Assembly (NCBI GenBank): GCA_963665275.2
Contig: CAXXIN010000005.1
Span: 64,001 to 128,000, forward strand
Length of the DNA: 64,000 nt
From: Negativicutes bacterium
GTDB lineage: Bacteria > Bacillota > Negativicutes > UBA1444
Reading direction: 5' to 3'
Shown here: positions 38,507-47,703 of the stretch, in pieces
How positions within the stretch are numbered: position 1 is the first letter of the stretch
How the letters are laid out: each line of letters starts with the position of its first letter
Program-made: the position numbers and the translations under genes
Notes under the pieces: model-generated
Databases searched by the model: none
Told to the model about the DNA's origin: nothing
Seen by the model: only the letters and a program-made list of their open reading frames with translations

Positions 38507-38533
38507 ATTCATTAGCAGGGGGCGGTGTTCGAC

Positions 38534-39283
38534 ATGAATATCTTAGCGATCAATGGCAGTCACCGGGGGCGCCGGGGGTGCACACAACTATTGCTCGACA
38601 AATTGAGCGAAGGCGCGACTTCGGCGGGTGCTGAATTTGAAACGATAGTATTGGCCGAGAAGAAAATAAACAGCTGCATCGCCTGCGGATCTTGCGGCAA
38701 ACCGGAAACCATGGGTCATTGCATCTATGAATCGGAAGACGACGTAAAAGAAATTTTCGACCGGATGCGGGCAGCTGATATCATCGTCTACGGTTCACCG
38801 GTGTATGTGTTCGGGTTGACGGGACGGATGAAAACTTTTATGGATCGATATAATTGTACGGGAACGCAAGAAGGCTTGTGCCTGTCTGAGAGCGGGCTGA
38901 TATTCCACCACGTTGACCAAGGTGTGATCGGGAAGCCGCTGGTGATTCTGACGCTATGCGCCAATTTGGAACCGGAAACTGTGAAAAACACATTGTCATA
39001 TTTTACGACATTCGCCAAGTTCGCAGATGCTCCTGTGGTGGGGACTTTGGCTCGCAAAATGTCGATGCTGCTGGAACAAAAAGACTCCCCGCTTGTGCAG
39101 GAAGTCTTTCAGGCGTATGTGCAGGCAGGCAAAGAACTGTGTCTGCAGGGAAGGATCAGTTCTGCTACTGAACGCAGAGCCAATCAACCCTTATTGAAAA
39201 TACCGTTTCTGGATTTTCTCATGCACTTTAAACTATTTAAGCAGCGTGCGATTGAACAGGCCAACCGGGATAATCGCCGATAG
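38534..39283 (+). CDS. flavodoxin-like iron-sulfur flavoprotein / NADPH-FMN reductase family
   Basis: AINGSHR, CIACGSC....C, GSPVY, MKTFMDR. Confidence 0.85.
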   Translation: MNILAINGSHRGRRGCTQLLLDKLSEGATSAGAEFETIVLAEKKINSCIACGSCGKPETMGHCIYESEDDVKEIFDRMRAADIIVYGSPVYVFGLTGRMKTFMDRYNCTGTQEGLCLSESGLIFHHVDQGVIGKPLVILTLCANLEPETVKNTLSYFTTFAKFADAPVVGTLARKMSMLLEQKDSPLVQEVFQAYVQAGKELCLQGRISSATERRANQPLLKIPFLDFLMHFKLFKQRAIEQANRDNRR

Positions 39284-39316
39284 AGAGAAGTGACCGTAGC
39301 ACACTAATAAAAAAGA

Positions 39317-39700
39317 TCAAATAATTCTGGCGGTGACCATTCCTGCCCAGGTCGCAACCAAACCGGTGGCAAGATTGGCGGCCAGGTTGATGAACGCCGG
39401 GGTCCAAGCCCCCTCCTGCACCAGCATCAACGTTTCATAACTGAAGGAAGAGAAGGTTGTGAGCCCGCCGAGAAAACCGCTCGCTACGAGCAAGCGCCAA
39501 TAGTTGGGCAATAGCAGTTTTTCGGTTGCAAGGATCATAAATAAACCGATGATATAGCAGCCGACAATGTTGACAATCAAGGTTCCAAAAGGGAAGTCGG
39601 TTCCCAGGCGTCCCGCCGCCCAGACTGAAACAAGGTAACGGGTCACAGAGCCGACACTGCCGCCGAGGGCAACGAAAAATATGCTTTCCAACCATTCCAC
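39317..39700 (-). CDS. crcB: fluoride channel Fluc/CrcB
   Basis: GGSVGSVTRY, FPFGTLIVN, GFLGGLTTFSSF. Confidence 0.94.
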   Translation of the reverse strand: MEWLESIFFVALGGSVGSVTRYLVSVWAAGRLGTDFPFGTLIVNIVGCYIIGLFMILATEKLLLPNYWRLLVASGFLGGLTTFSSFSYETLMLVQEGAWTPAFINLAANLATGLVATWAGMVTARII

Positions 39701-39719
39701 CCCTGATCAGCCACCCGGC

Positions 39720-40067
39720 CTAGTGTTTGGGCGGCTTATTGCCGTATTTGATGACTTCGACATCGTCGAGGGTCACGAGGCCTTCTTTAACCATCAGATC
39801 GAGAAACGGCAGGAGTTTTTGAATGTATTCATCGCTGTCAATGATTTCAATCATGATGGGTAGATCGGCGGACAAATCGATGAGGCTGGCTGTGTGGATT
39901 CGACTGCTGGCGCCGTACCCCGTGCAGCCGTGAAAAACAGAAGCACCGGCTAGATCGAGCTCTCTTGCTTTGAGAACCAGTGCCTGATAGAGAGACTTTC
40001 CTTCCCAGGAATCAGCTTCGCCAATATAAATTCTGAGGCGTTTGGCGCGGGCCTGGATTTTTGGCAT
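39720..40067 (-). CDS. DUF190 (PII-like) protein
   Basis: LRIYIGE, AGASVFHG, DLPIMIEIID; usual crcB neighbour. Confidence 0.9.
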   Translation of the reverse strand: MPKIQARAKRLRIYIGEADSWEGKSLYQALVLKARELDLAGASVFHGCTGYGASSRIHTASLIDLSADLPIMIEIIDSDEYIQKLLPFLDLMVKEGLVTLDDVEVIKYGNKPPKH

Positions 40068-40202
40068 TTGCTGTCACCTCCATTATAAATATCGAGTTGT
40101 AGAATGCGTAAATAAAGAATTATTATTAATAATAACTTCGCCATAGGATGGAAATTTCCTCTGTAAAAATTAAAGTCGAGTTCAGTAAGTAATACGGATA
40201 AA

Positions 40203-40240
40203 TAAAGCCGCTGCGATTTTTTGCGCAGCGGCTTTGCTTT
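40203..40240. terminator. intrinsic terminator
   Basis: AAAGCCGCTGCG...CGCAGCGGCTTT. Confidence 0.7.
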
Positions 40241-40252
40241 AAGGTGAAAAAA

Positions 40253-40915
40253 CTATTTTATGCTGATTTTGTCGAAAGTAGTCAGGGTCGTCCGGGCGCG
40301 GGTGCCGGGGGCGTTGAGCATGTGCCAGGCTGTATATTGTTCGGCGTAGGATTCGACGGACGACATGCCGTCAACTGGAATGATGACCTGGAAGCCGCGT
40401 ATGGACGCGCCGGTGGCGGTGTGCAGAACGGCTCCGTGTGCGACGGTGCCGGAAATAATAACTGTTTTGATCCCTTTATCCTTTAAAATTTTTTCCAGGT
40501 CGGTGTTGTAAAACTTATCGACGCTGGAGCGGACAGAGGGTTCGCCGGGCAACGGCGATACAGCGGCGACAATATCTTCGGGGGTTCCCGTCGGAGTCAG
40601 ACTGTATATGATTGGCATGGAATGGATCCGGGCGTTGAGCAGAAACTCGGCGATTTTAGGCACTGAAGCAGCGCAACGGGGGCGTTGTTCCGTATTGCAC
40701 ATTGGTTGTTGTATGTCGAGGATCAGGAAGGCCGTAGTTTGGGGATCGACTACCACTGATTTCAGCACCGGCGCCGGGGGAACGGCGGTCGTTTTCCAGT
40801 CGTCGATGATGGTACTGGCTGCGGCGGAAACTGGCTGGGCAAGGAAGATAATGAGGAACAGGAACAAGAACAGTGACAGCGCGAAAAAACTGTTTTTTGG
40901 GGTTCCTTTTTTCAT
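40253..40915 (-). CDS. secreted isochorismatase/cysteine-hydrolase-fold protein lacking the catalytic Cys
   Basis: Signal peptide; TAFLILDIQ, DKFYNTDL, GTVAHGAVLHT, GFQVIIPVD. Confidence 0.8.
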   Translation of the reverse strand: MKKGTPKNSFFALSLFLFLFLIIFLAQPVSAAASTIIDDWKTTAVPPAPVLKSVVVDPQTTAFLILDIQQPMCNTEQRPRCAASVPKIAEFLLNARIHSMPIIYSLTPTGTPEDIVAAVSPLPGEPSVRSSVDKFYNTDLEKILKDKGIKTVIISGTVAHGAVLHTATGASIRGFQVIIPVDGMSSVESYAEQYTAWHMLNAPGTRARTTLTTFDKISIK

Positions 40916-40961
40916 GTAAATTCCTCCTTCTTCTATATGCGGTCAGTGCCAAAAACGGTGG

Positions 40962-42059
40962 CTATTTTTTATGGGGGTCAATGACAGCCTTCATCACTCG
41001 GTGGTGCTCGACATCGTTGATAGCTTGGTTGACTTCATGCAATCCGTAGCGTCCGGACACGAATTTTTCCCAGGCGAAGCGGTCGTGGTGCTTCGCCATT
41101 ATTTGGATGGAACGGTAAAAGTGACTGAGATCGATGCCCCAGGTGCCTTTGATCGTCAGATGCTTCTTGTTGATATCAAGGTGCGGATTCATCGAAATAT
41201 CGCCGTTGTTGGTGTATTGCCCGACCACCACATAGGTTCCGGCGTCACGGGCCATCGCCATGCCTTCTTTGACGGCGGCGGGAAAGCCGGTGGCTTCGAT
41301 GACAACGTCGGCGCCACGGCCGGCTGTCATTTCTCTGACGGCGGCGATTCTTTCTTCCGGCGTTGTGCCGTCGATGTTGATGACGGCATCCACGCCGAAT
41401 TGCTGCGCCAGTTCAAGGCGATGCGCCGGTCCGCCGACGACGATGACTTTGACCGCTCCAGCCAGTTGAGCCAGAATGGCGGAATTCAGGCCAACAGGGC
41501 CGCTGCCCTGGACTACCACGGTATCTCCGAGACGTATAGCTGCCTGTTCGATGGCGTGATAGGCCGTGGGGAGACCGCAGCCGGCGCCGATGAAAGCTTC
41601 GGGCTTGACTGTCGGCGGCAATTTGACGACCTTGACACCGGGTTTCAAATAGATTTTTTCACTCCAACCGCCCAGGATTCCGTCCTGCAGTCCGTAAGTG
41701 ATGCCATATACTTTGCGACTGGGGCAGCGGGTCGAAGCTTTCGCGACCAGGCAAAACCAGCAGTCGTGGCAAGTTTCGTGTACGTCGAGGAACGTGACCA
41801 CATCGCCGATCTGCAACGGCTGGCCGTCGGCATCCTTAACTGTTCCGTTCGTTTTTTCAACCCGGCCTACGTTGATATGCCCGGGAATGATCGGATAAGG
41901 CACGCCGGCCAAGCGACCGTGATAAAGATGCACATCTGTTCCGCATACCTCGCTGTATAGAGTCTCCAAGAGGGCGGCGCCCGGCTCAAGTTCTGGTTCG
42001 GGCAGAATTTGAATTTGAAGCGGCGTTAAAGGTTTTTCCAAAATAGCGGCTCGAATCAT
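40962..42059 (-). CDS. zinc-binding (MDR) alcohol dehydrogenase
   Basis: VCGTDVH, PGH, CHDCWFC...C, GSGPVG. Confidence 0.92.
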   Translation of the reverse strand: MIRAAILEKPLTPLQIQILPEPELEPGAALLETLYSEVCGTDVHLYHGRLAGVPYPIIPGHINVGRVEKTNGTVKDADGQPLQIGDVVTFLDVHETCHDCWFCLVAKASTRCPSRKVYGITYGLQDGILGGWSEKIYLKPGVKVVKLPPTVKPEAFIGAGCGLPTAYHAIEQAAIRLGDTVVVQGSGPVGLNSAILAQLAGAVKVIVVGGPAHRLELAQQFGVDAVINIDGTTPEERIAAVREMTAGRGADVVIEATGFPAAVKEGMAMARDAGTYVVVGQYTNNGDISMNPHLDINKKHLTIKGTWGIDLSHFYRSIQIMAKHHDRFAWEKFVSGRYGLHEVNQAINDVEHHRVMKAVIDPHKK

Positions 42060-42157
42060 TAATAACACACTCCTGTCTTCCATTTGCGTATTCAGAACTT
42101 CCCTATTCGAGAACGAAAATCCTGCCGGTGCCAAAATTTGAGAGGCTGGAAAAATGG

Positions 42158-42200
42158 AATGATAAAAAATTCACTAATAAAATGAGAATTTTTTCACTAA
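42158..42200. promoter_or_regulatory. tandem regulator sites upstream of the hydrogenase promoter
   Basis: AATGATAAAAAATTCACTAA and AATGAGAATTTTTTCACTAA, 23-bp spacing. Confidence 0.5.
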
Positions 42201-42238
42201 TTGGTTGAATTTCGACTTTTATTGAAGTAAACTATGGT

Positions 42239-42254
42239 TGGCATAATAATTGCG
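42239..42254 (+). promoter_or_regulatory. sigma54 (-24/-12) promoter of the hydrogenase operon
   Basis: TGGCAT-aataa-TTGCG with GG-N10-GC spacing, just before RBS CAGGAGG. Confidence 0.75.
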
Positions 42255-42274
42255 AATTTACAGGAGGGCTTGTC

Positions 42275-42767
42275 GTGAAAGCAACGGTTGATTTCAGGGA
42301 CATTGATGAAATTCTGGTCAAGTATCGCTATTCTCCCGGCAGTATCATCGCAATACTTCAGGACATCCAGGCCAAATACAGGTACATTCCCAAAGACGTA
42401 TTCCCATATCTTTCGGAAAAACTACATGTCAGCACCGCTAAGATCTACAGTGTGGCCACCTTTTATGAAAACTTTTCCCTCCAGCCCAAAGGAAAATACG
42501 TTATCCGGGTCTGTGACGGAACCGCCTGCCATGTGCGCAAGTCGATTCCGATGCTGGAGCGGCTGCGCAAAGAACTGGTTCTTTCTGAGACCAAGGTGAC
42601 GACGGACGACTTCCTGTTTACGGTTGAGACTGTTTCCTGTCTCGGCGCATGCGGTCTGGCGCCTGTACTTACGGTGAACGACAAGGTATACCCGGCGATG
42701 ACTCCGGGACAAGGCAAGCGAACTTCTGGCGAAGCTCAGGGAGGAATGCGGCGATGCTGTTAAATAG
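42275..42767 (+). CDS. hydC: [FeFe]-hydrogenase gamma subunit (NuoE-like); probable +1 frameshift near 42706
   Basis: VATFY, VCDGTACH, VSCLGACGLAPV; removing one G gives MTPDKASELLAKLREECGDAVK*. Confidence 0.9.
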
Positions 42768-44628
42768 AGAAGACCTGCAAAATGCAAGAGAACATTATAA
42801 AACCGCGCAGGAAGCGCAGCGAAAGAAGATTCTCGTCTGCGCCGGGACTGGCTGTGTAGCAGGCGGATCGCTCGAGATACACGCCGAACTGGTCAGGTTG
42901 ATTGAAGCCAGAGGACTTGCCTGCGCCGTTAGCCTGGAAAAAGAACCGCACGATGATTCGATCGGCGTGAAGAAAAGCGGTTGTCATGGATTTTGCGAGA
43001 TGGGGCCGCTGGTGCGAATCGAACCCAAGGGTTGGCTTTATATTAAAGTGAAGCTGGAAGACTGCGCGGAGATCATCGAGCAGTCGATCGTTGGCAATGC
43101 AGTCGTGGATCGTCTTACGTACAGGAAGAACGGCGAGCATTATCCGACGCAGGAAGAGATTCCTTTCTACAAAAAACAGACTCGCCTGGTTTTGGAACAT
43201 TGCGGGCATATCGACGCCACGTCGCTGCAGGAGTATCTCTCGATCGGCGGTTATAAGGCGTTCGAAAAAGCACTGTTCGACATGACCCAGGATGAGATAG
43301 TCAAAGTAATCGATGAGTCTAATCTGCGAGGGCGTGGCGGCGGAGGTTATCCGACTGGACGTAAATGGTCCCAGGTAAAGCGTCAGACATCCGAAGTCAA
43401 ATTCGTGGTCTGCAATGGTGACGAAGGGGATCCCGGCGCTTTTATGGACCGGAGTGTAATGGAAGGCGATCCCCACCGGATGCTGGAAGGAATGATGATC
43501 GCCGGCATTGCCTGCGGTGCGGCCTACGGCTATATTTATGTGCGGGCTGAATATCCGCTGGCTATCAGCCGGTTGGAGAGAGCTATTGAACAAAACCGGG
43601 AGTTTGGGCTGCTGGGCGACAATATCCTGGGCTCCGGTCGTTCTTTCGACATCAAGATCAGCAAAGGCGCCGGCGCTTTCGTTTGTGGTGAAGGCAGCGC
43701 GTTGACGACTTCCATCGAAGGCAAACGGGGCATGCCCCGCGTGAAGCCGCCGCGGACGGTGGAACAGGGGTTGTATGGCAAGCCGACAGTGCTGAACAAC
43801 GTCGAAACTTTTGCGAATGTGCCCTTGATTATCAACCGGGGCGCGGCTTGGTACAAGGCCATCGGACCGGAAAAAAGTCCGGGCACCAAGGCGTTTGCTC
43901 TTACGGGAAATATTGAGAATACAGGCCTGATCGAAGTTCCCATGGGAACTACCCTGCGCGAAGTCATTTTCGACATCGGTGGCGGGATCCGGGGAGGCGC
44001 CGGCTTCAAAGCGGTTCAGATCGGCGGTCCTTCCGGCGGATGTCTGACGCAGGAACATCTGGATTTGCCGTTGGATTTTGATTCCCTGAAGAAAGCAGGG
44101 GCGATGATCGGTTCCGGCGGCCTGGTCGTCATGGACGAACATACCTGCATGGTCGAAGTGGCGCGGTTCTTCATGAACTTCACCCAGAACGAGTCTTGCG
44201 GAAAATGTGTTCCCTGTCGCGAAGGCACCAAGCGGATGCTTCAGATTCTGGAACGGATCGTGGCAGGGCAGGGAGAAGAAGAAGACCTGGACATGTTGCT
44301 CGAATTGGCTGACACTATTTCTTCGACCGCCTTGTGCGGTCTCGGCAAGACGGCGCCTCTGCCAGTGATCAGCACCATCAAGTACTTCCGGGATGAGTAT
44401 GAAGCCCATGTGCGGGAAAAACGCTGCCCGGCCAAGAGTTGCCAGAAGTTGAAGAAAATCATCATCGATCCGGCGTTATGCCGCGGTTGTTCGAAGTGTG
44501 CCAGAGGGTGCCCGGTCGAAGCAATCTCTGGGAAGATTAAAGAACCGTTCGTAATCGACCAGGCCAAGTGCATCAAATGCGGCGCCTGTATAGAAACCTG
44601 CCCGTTCAAGGCGATAAGGGAGGACTGA
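42754..44628 (+). CDS. hydB: [FeFe]-hydrogenase beta subunit (NuoF-like, FMN/NAD)
   Basis: N-terminal [2Fe-2S], LRGRGGGG, GDEGDPGAFMDR, GGPSGG, ESCGKCVPCREG, C-terminal 2x[4Fe-4S]. Confidence 0.93.
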   Translation: MLLNREDLQNAREHYKTAQEAQRKKILVCAGTGCVAGGSLEIHAELVRLIEARGLACAVSLEKEPHDDSIGVKKSGCHGFCEMGPLVRIEPKGWLYIKVKLEDCAEIIEQSIVGNAVVDRLTYRKNGEHYPTQEEIPFYKKQTRLVLEHCGHIDATSLQEYLSIGGYKAFEKALFDMTQDEIVKVIDESNLRGRGGGGYPTGRKWSQVKRQTSEVKFVVCNGDEGDPGAFMDRSVMEGDPHRMLEGMMIAGIACGAAYGYIYVRAEYPLAISRLERAIEQNREFGLLGDNILGSGRSFDIKISKGAGAFVCGEGSALTTSIEGKRGMPRVKPPRTVEQGLYGKPTVLNNVETFANVPLIINRGAAWYKAIGPEKSPGTKAFALTGNIENTGLIEVPMGTTLREVIFDIGGGIRGGAGFKAVQIGGPSGGCLTQEHLDLPLDFDSLKKAGAMIGSGGLVVMDEHTCMVEVARFFMNFTQNESCGKCVPCREGTKRMLQILERIVAGQGEEEDLDMLLELADTISSTALCGLGKTAPLPVISTIKYFRDEYEAHVREKRCPAKSCQKLKKIIIDPALCRGCSKCARGCPVEAISGKIKEPFVIDQAKCIKCGACIETCPFKAIRED

Positions 44629-44632
44629 CACC

Positions 44633-46321
44633 GTGAGCACAGATTTTATGATGATTGACAATATGCCGGTGGAAATCGAGGGCGAGAAGAACATTCTTGC
44701 CGTCATTCGCAAAGCCGGTATCGACCTGCCCACCTTCTGTTATTACTCCGAACTTTCAGTGTACGGCGCCTGCCGCATGTGCGTGGTGGAAGACAAATCC
44801 GGCGAGATCCATGCCTCTTGCTCCACACCGCCCAAAGCCGGCATGGAGATTCGTACCAACACGCCGCGGCTCCGCAGATACCGCAAGATGATCCTCGAAC
44901 TGCTGCTGGCCAACCATTGCCGCGACTGCACGACCTGCGAGAAAAACGGGAAGTGTAAATTGCAGGAACTGGCCCAAAGATTCGGCATCAAGCAGGTTCG
45001 TTTCAACAATACAGCGGGAGAATCAGATCTGGACAACTCATCGCTCGCTATCGTCCGTGACAAGAGTAAGTGCATCCTCTGCGGCGACTGTGTGCGTATG
45101 TGCGAGGAAGTTCAAAATATCGGCGCTATTGATTTTGCGCATCGTGGCTCCAAAATGTGTATCAGCGCGGCGTTCGACGAGCCGATCAACGATACGAAAT
45201 GCATCGGCTGCGGCCAATGTGCGGCAGTCTGTCCGACTGGCGCGATCGTGGTCAGGAATGACACGTCGAAGCTCTGGAAAGATCTCAGCGATGCCAATGC
45301 CAAAGTGGTCGTCCAGATTGCACCGGCAGTGCGCGTCGGCGTCGGCAAGGAAATGGGCCTGGCCGAAGGTGAGAACGTGATGGGCAAGATCGTTGCGGCG
45401 CTGCGGCGAATCGGCTTCGATGAAGTCTTTGATACCACGACTGGCGCAGACCTGACGGTGCTGGAAGAGGCGGGAGAGTTTTTATCGAAGGTTCAGAAGG
45501 GCGAAAAACTACCGTTGTTCACATCGTGTTGCCCGGCATGGGTCAAGTATGCCGAACTGAATCATCCGGAACTGATGGAAAATATTTCGACCTGCCGTTC
45601 CCCGATGCAGATGTTCGGCGCCGTACTGAAAGAACATTACAGCCATTCACACAAACGGGTGGTTGTAGTAGCCATCATGCCGTGCACCGCCAAGAAGCAA
45701 GAGGCGGCGAGGGACGAATTCAAGGAAGAAGGGGTTCCCTATGTCGACTATGTCATCACGACGCAGGAACTCATCCAGATGATTAAAGAAGCCGGCATTG
45801 TATTTCCCGAGATCGATCCGGAAGCGGTCGACATGCCGTTCGGAGCAACCAGCGGCGCGGGAGTTATCTTTGGTGTAACCGGTGGCGTGACGGAGGCTGT
45901 GATCCGGCGTATTTCCGACGACAAATCAGCGCCCGCCCTGCGCGCTATTCCCTTCACAGGGGTTCGCGGTCTGCAGGGAGTCAAGGAAACCAGCATAGAT
46001 TATAACGGTCGGGAAGTGAAGATCGCGATTGTCAGCGGTATTAAAAACGCTGAAAACCTGATCAAAAAGATGCAACAGGGCGAAAAAACCTATGATTTTG
46101 TCGAAGTGATGGCTTGCCCCGGCGGCTGTATCTGTGGGGCAGGACAACCCGTCACCAATAGCGAGGGCAAAAAACGCCGAAGCGCAGGCCTTTATGAAAC
46201 CGACAGGATGAGCACGATCAAGCGGTCGGAGGAAAACCCAGTGATCATGGCGCTGTATGGCGGATTGCTCAAGGGCAAGGTGCATAAACTGCTTCACGTG
46301 CATTATCATGGAAAGGCGTGA
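44633..46321 (+). CDS. hydA: [FeFe]-hydrogenase catalytic subunit (group A)
   Basis: H-cluster motifs TSCCPAW, MPCTAKKQE, EVMACPGGC; N-terminal Fe-S domains. Confidence 0.96.
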   Translation: MSTDFMMIDNMPVEIEGEKNILAVIRKAGIDLPTFCYYSELSVYGACRMCVVEDKSGEIHASCSTPPKAGMEIRTNTPRLRRYRKMILELLLANHCRDCTTCEKNGKCKLQELAQRFGIKQVRFNNTAGESDLDNSSLAIVRDKSKCILCGDCVRMCEEVQNIGAIDFAHRGSKMCISAAFDEPINDTKCIGCGQCAAVCPTGAIVVRNDTSKLWKDLSDANAKVVVQIAPAVRVGVGKEMGLAEGENVMGKIVAALRRIGFDEVFDTTTGADLTVLEEAGEFLSKVQKGEKLPLFTSCCPAWVKYAELNHPELMENISTCRSPMQMFGAVLKEHYSHSHKRVVVVAIMPCTAKKQEAARDEFKEEGVPYVDYVITTQELIQMIKEAGIVFPEIDPEAVDMPFGATSGAGVIFGVTGGVTEAVIRRISDDKSAPALRAIPFTGVRGLQGVKETSIDYNGREVKIAIVSGIKNAENLIKKMQQGEKTYDFVEVMACPGGCICGAGQPVTNSEGKKRRSAGLYETDRMSTIKRSEENPVIMALYGGLLKGKVHKLLHVHYHGKA

Positions 46322-46576
46322 ATAATATGATCGTAATTAATGTTTGTATTGGAAGTGCCTGCCATATCAAAGGCTCCTATAATGTGATTAACTCAATGCA
46401 GCAATTGACCGAGGAATACGGTTTATCAGACAAAGTGGATACACGGGCGGCTTTTTGTCTGGGGCATTGCACTCAGTCCGTATCGGTTCGGATCGGCGAC
46501 GGCGAGGTGCAGAGCGTGTCTGGGGCTAATGCACGCGAGTTTTTTCGTTAATCAGGTTTTGCCGCTAGTGAAATAA
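46318..46576 (+). CDS. small thioredoxin-like [2Fe-2S] protein; probable +1 frameshift near 46540
   Basis: VCIGSACHIKG...FCLGHC; removing one T extends EFF to VNQVLPLVK* (track ORF ends at 46551). Confidence 0.8.
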
Positions 46577-46608
46577 ACTATCGTAGAACGTTGTGCGGAG
46601 GGGTACAT

Positions 46609-46857
46609 GTGAAAACGGTGAAGTTGGAAATCTGCAGGGGAATCTCCTGCCATTTGCTAGGGTCGCAGGATCTGATTGAAGCGGTGGAGTCCTTGCCGGT
46701 TGACCAGCGCGAGCAGATCGATCTAGGGACCATCGATTGCCTGAAAAATTGCCGGCAGGGGCCGAATGTCCGGATTGATGGGACCGTTTTTTCTGAAATG
46801 TCTTCAGAGCAGCTACTGTCCTTGCTGGAAGATAAAAAATTATCGGCGGAAGACTAA
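46609..46857 (+). CDS. second small NuoE-like [2Fe-2S] protein
   Basis: ICRGISCHLLG...DCLKNCRQGPNV; RBS GGAGGGG. Confidence 0.8.
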   Translation: MKTVKLEICRGISCHLLGSQDLIEAVESLPVDQREQIDLGTIDCLKNCRQGPNVRIDGTVFSEMSSEQLLSLLEDKKLSAED

Positions 46858-46899
46858 AAATAACGGATGTAACGGATGTTTTGTTTATCAAATTAACTC

Positions 46900-46950
46900 A
46901 AAAAGGCAAGGCTGCCGGAAAATTCGCATATCCGGAAGCCTTGCCTTTTT
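46900..46950. terminator. bidirectional terminator
   Basis: AAAAAGGCAAGGC...GCCTTGCCTTTTT. Confidence 0.78.
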
Positions 46951-46978
46951 CTTCATTATCGTACAGAGACAACATTGG

Positions 46979-47518
46979 TTACTTTGTAAGTAATACAAGC
47001 GAGAGAACGAGGATTTCAATCTGTCGTAGTTCATGATCGTGGCGTTGTTGTTCGACCCATTGGCGGTGGCGCCATTCCCATTCGTCTTCATGCGCGAGGC
47101 GCCGCATCTCCTGTTCGTGTCGTTGATGCTCCCACCACCGGCGCTGTCTGATATCTTCCCTTTGACGTTGGAGACGTTGTTCTTCCATCCATTGACGATG
47201 ACGCCATTCGCGCTCGCTTTCAAACATCGACCGCCTCAGGGCCATTTCGTGTCGTTGTTCGTCGACATGGCGCCAATGGCTTAGATCCCGATCCTGCAGT
47301 TCACGTCGTTCCTGCCATTCACGTCCTAGTCGGAGTTTTTCATTGTGCCGGTATTCCTGTGACCGAGGATGATTCGAGTGCCGGGTCTCCCGCACTTCTT
47401 CATGTTGTCGTCTCTGATCTTCTCGAGCTGCGGCCTCGGCGACTAAAGCGCCGCCGCCGAACTGAAGGAGACCAATCAGAACGGAACAAACAATTTTTTG
47501 TGGTGTGTTGGTTTTCAC
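46979..47518 (-). CDS. secreted R/E/Q/H/W-rich repeat protein of unknown function
   Basis: GTG after GGAGGG, signal peptide ending AEA, repeated QRHE.x.RR...EWRHRQW.E units, hydrophobic C-terminal tail. Confidence 0.65.
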   Translation of the reverse strand: MKTNTPQKIVCSVLIGLLQFGGGALVAEAAAREDQRRQHEEVRETRHSNHPRSQEYRHNEKLRLGREWQERRELQDRDLSHWRHVDEQRHEMALRRSMFESEREWRHRQWMEEQRLQRQREDIRQRRWWEHQRHEQEMRRLAHEDEWEWRHRQWVEQQRHDHELRQIEILVLSLVLLTK

Positions 47519-47703
47519 ACAGCAACCCTCCGTTTTCAAATCTTCCCCTGTTGAAGCGTCACGGCAATGGATGGAGCGTTATCTGTTTTGATTATACGGG
47601 AGAAACTTTACGAAATTATGTCGAATTTGTGACGAATTTGTGAAAAATATAGTAGAATAAAAACTAGATGTGTTAAAAAAGGTGCGAGGGGCGAGGCGGC
47701 CAG

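Noticed and set aside
40068-40200. Fluoride riboswitch expected upstream of DUF190-crcB
   Set aside because: The GGNGAUGG..GUUC / UAAUGAC.CCUAC core is not present on the minus strand
42760-44409. 549-aa minus-strand ORF
   Set aside because: Antisense shadow of hydB with no recognisable motifs; expected from codon bias of the real gene
46861-46879. TAACGGATG duplicated
   Set aside because: Two copies of 9 bp with no terminal repeats or transposase; too little to call a target-site duplication
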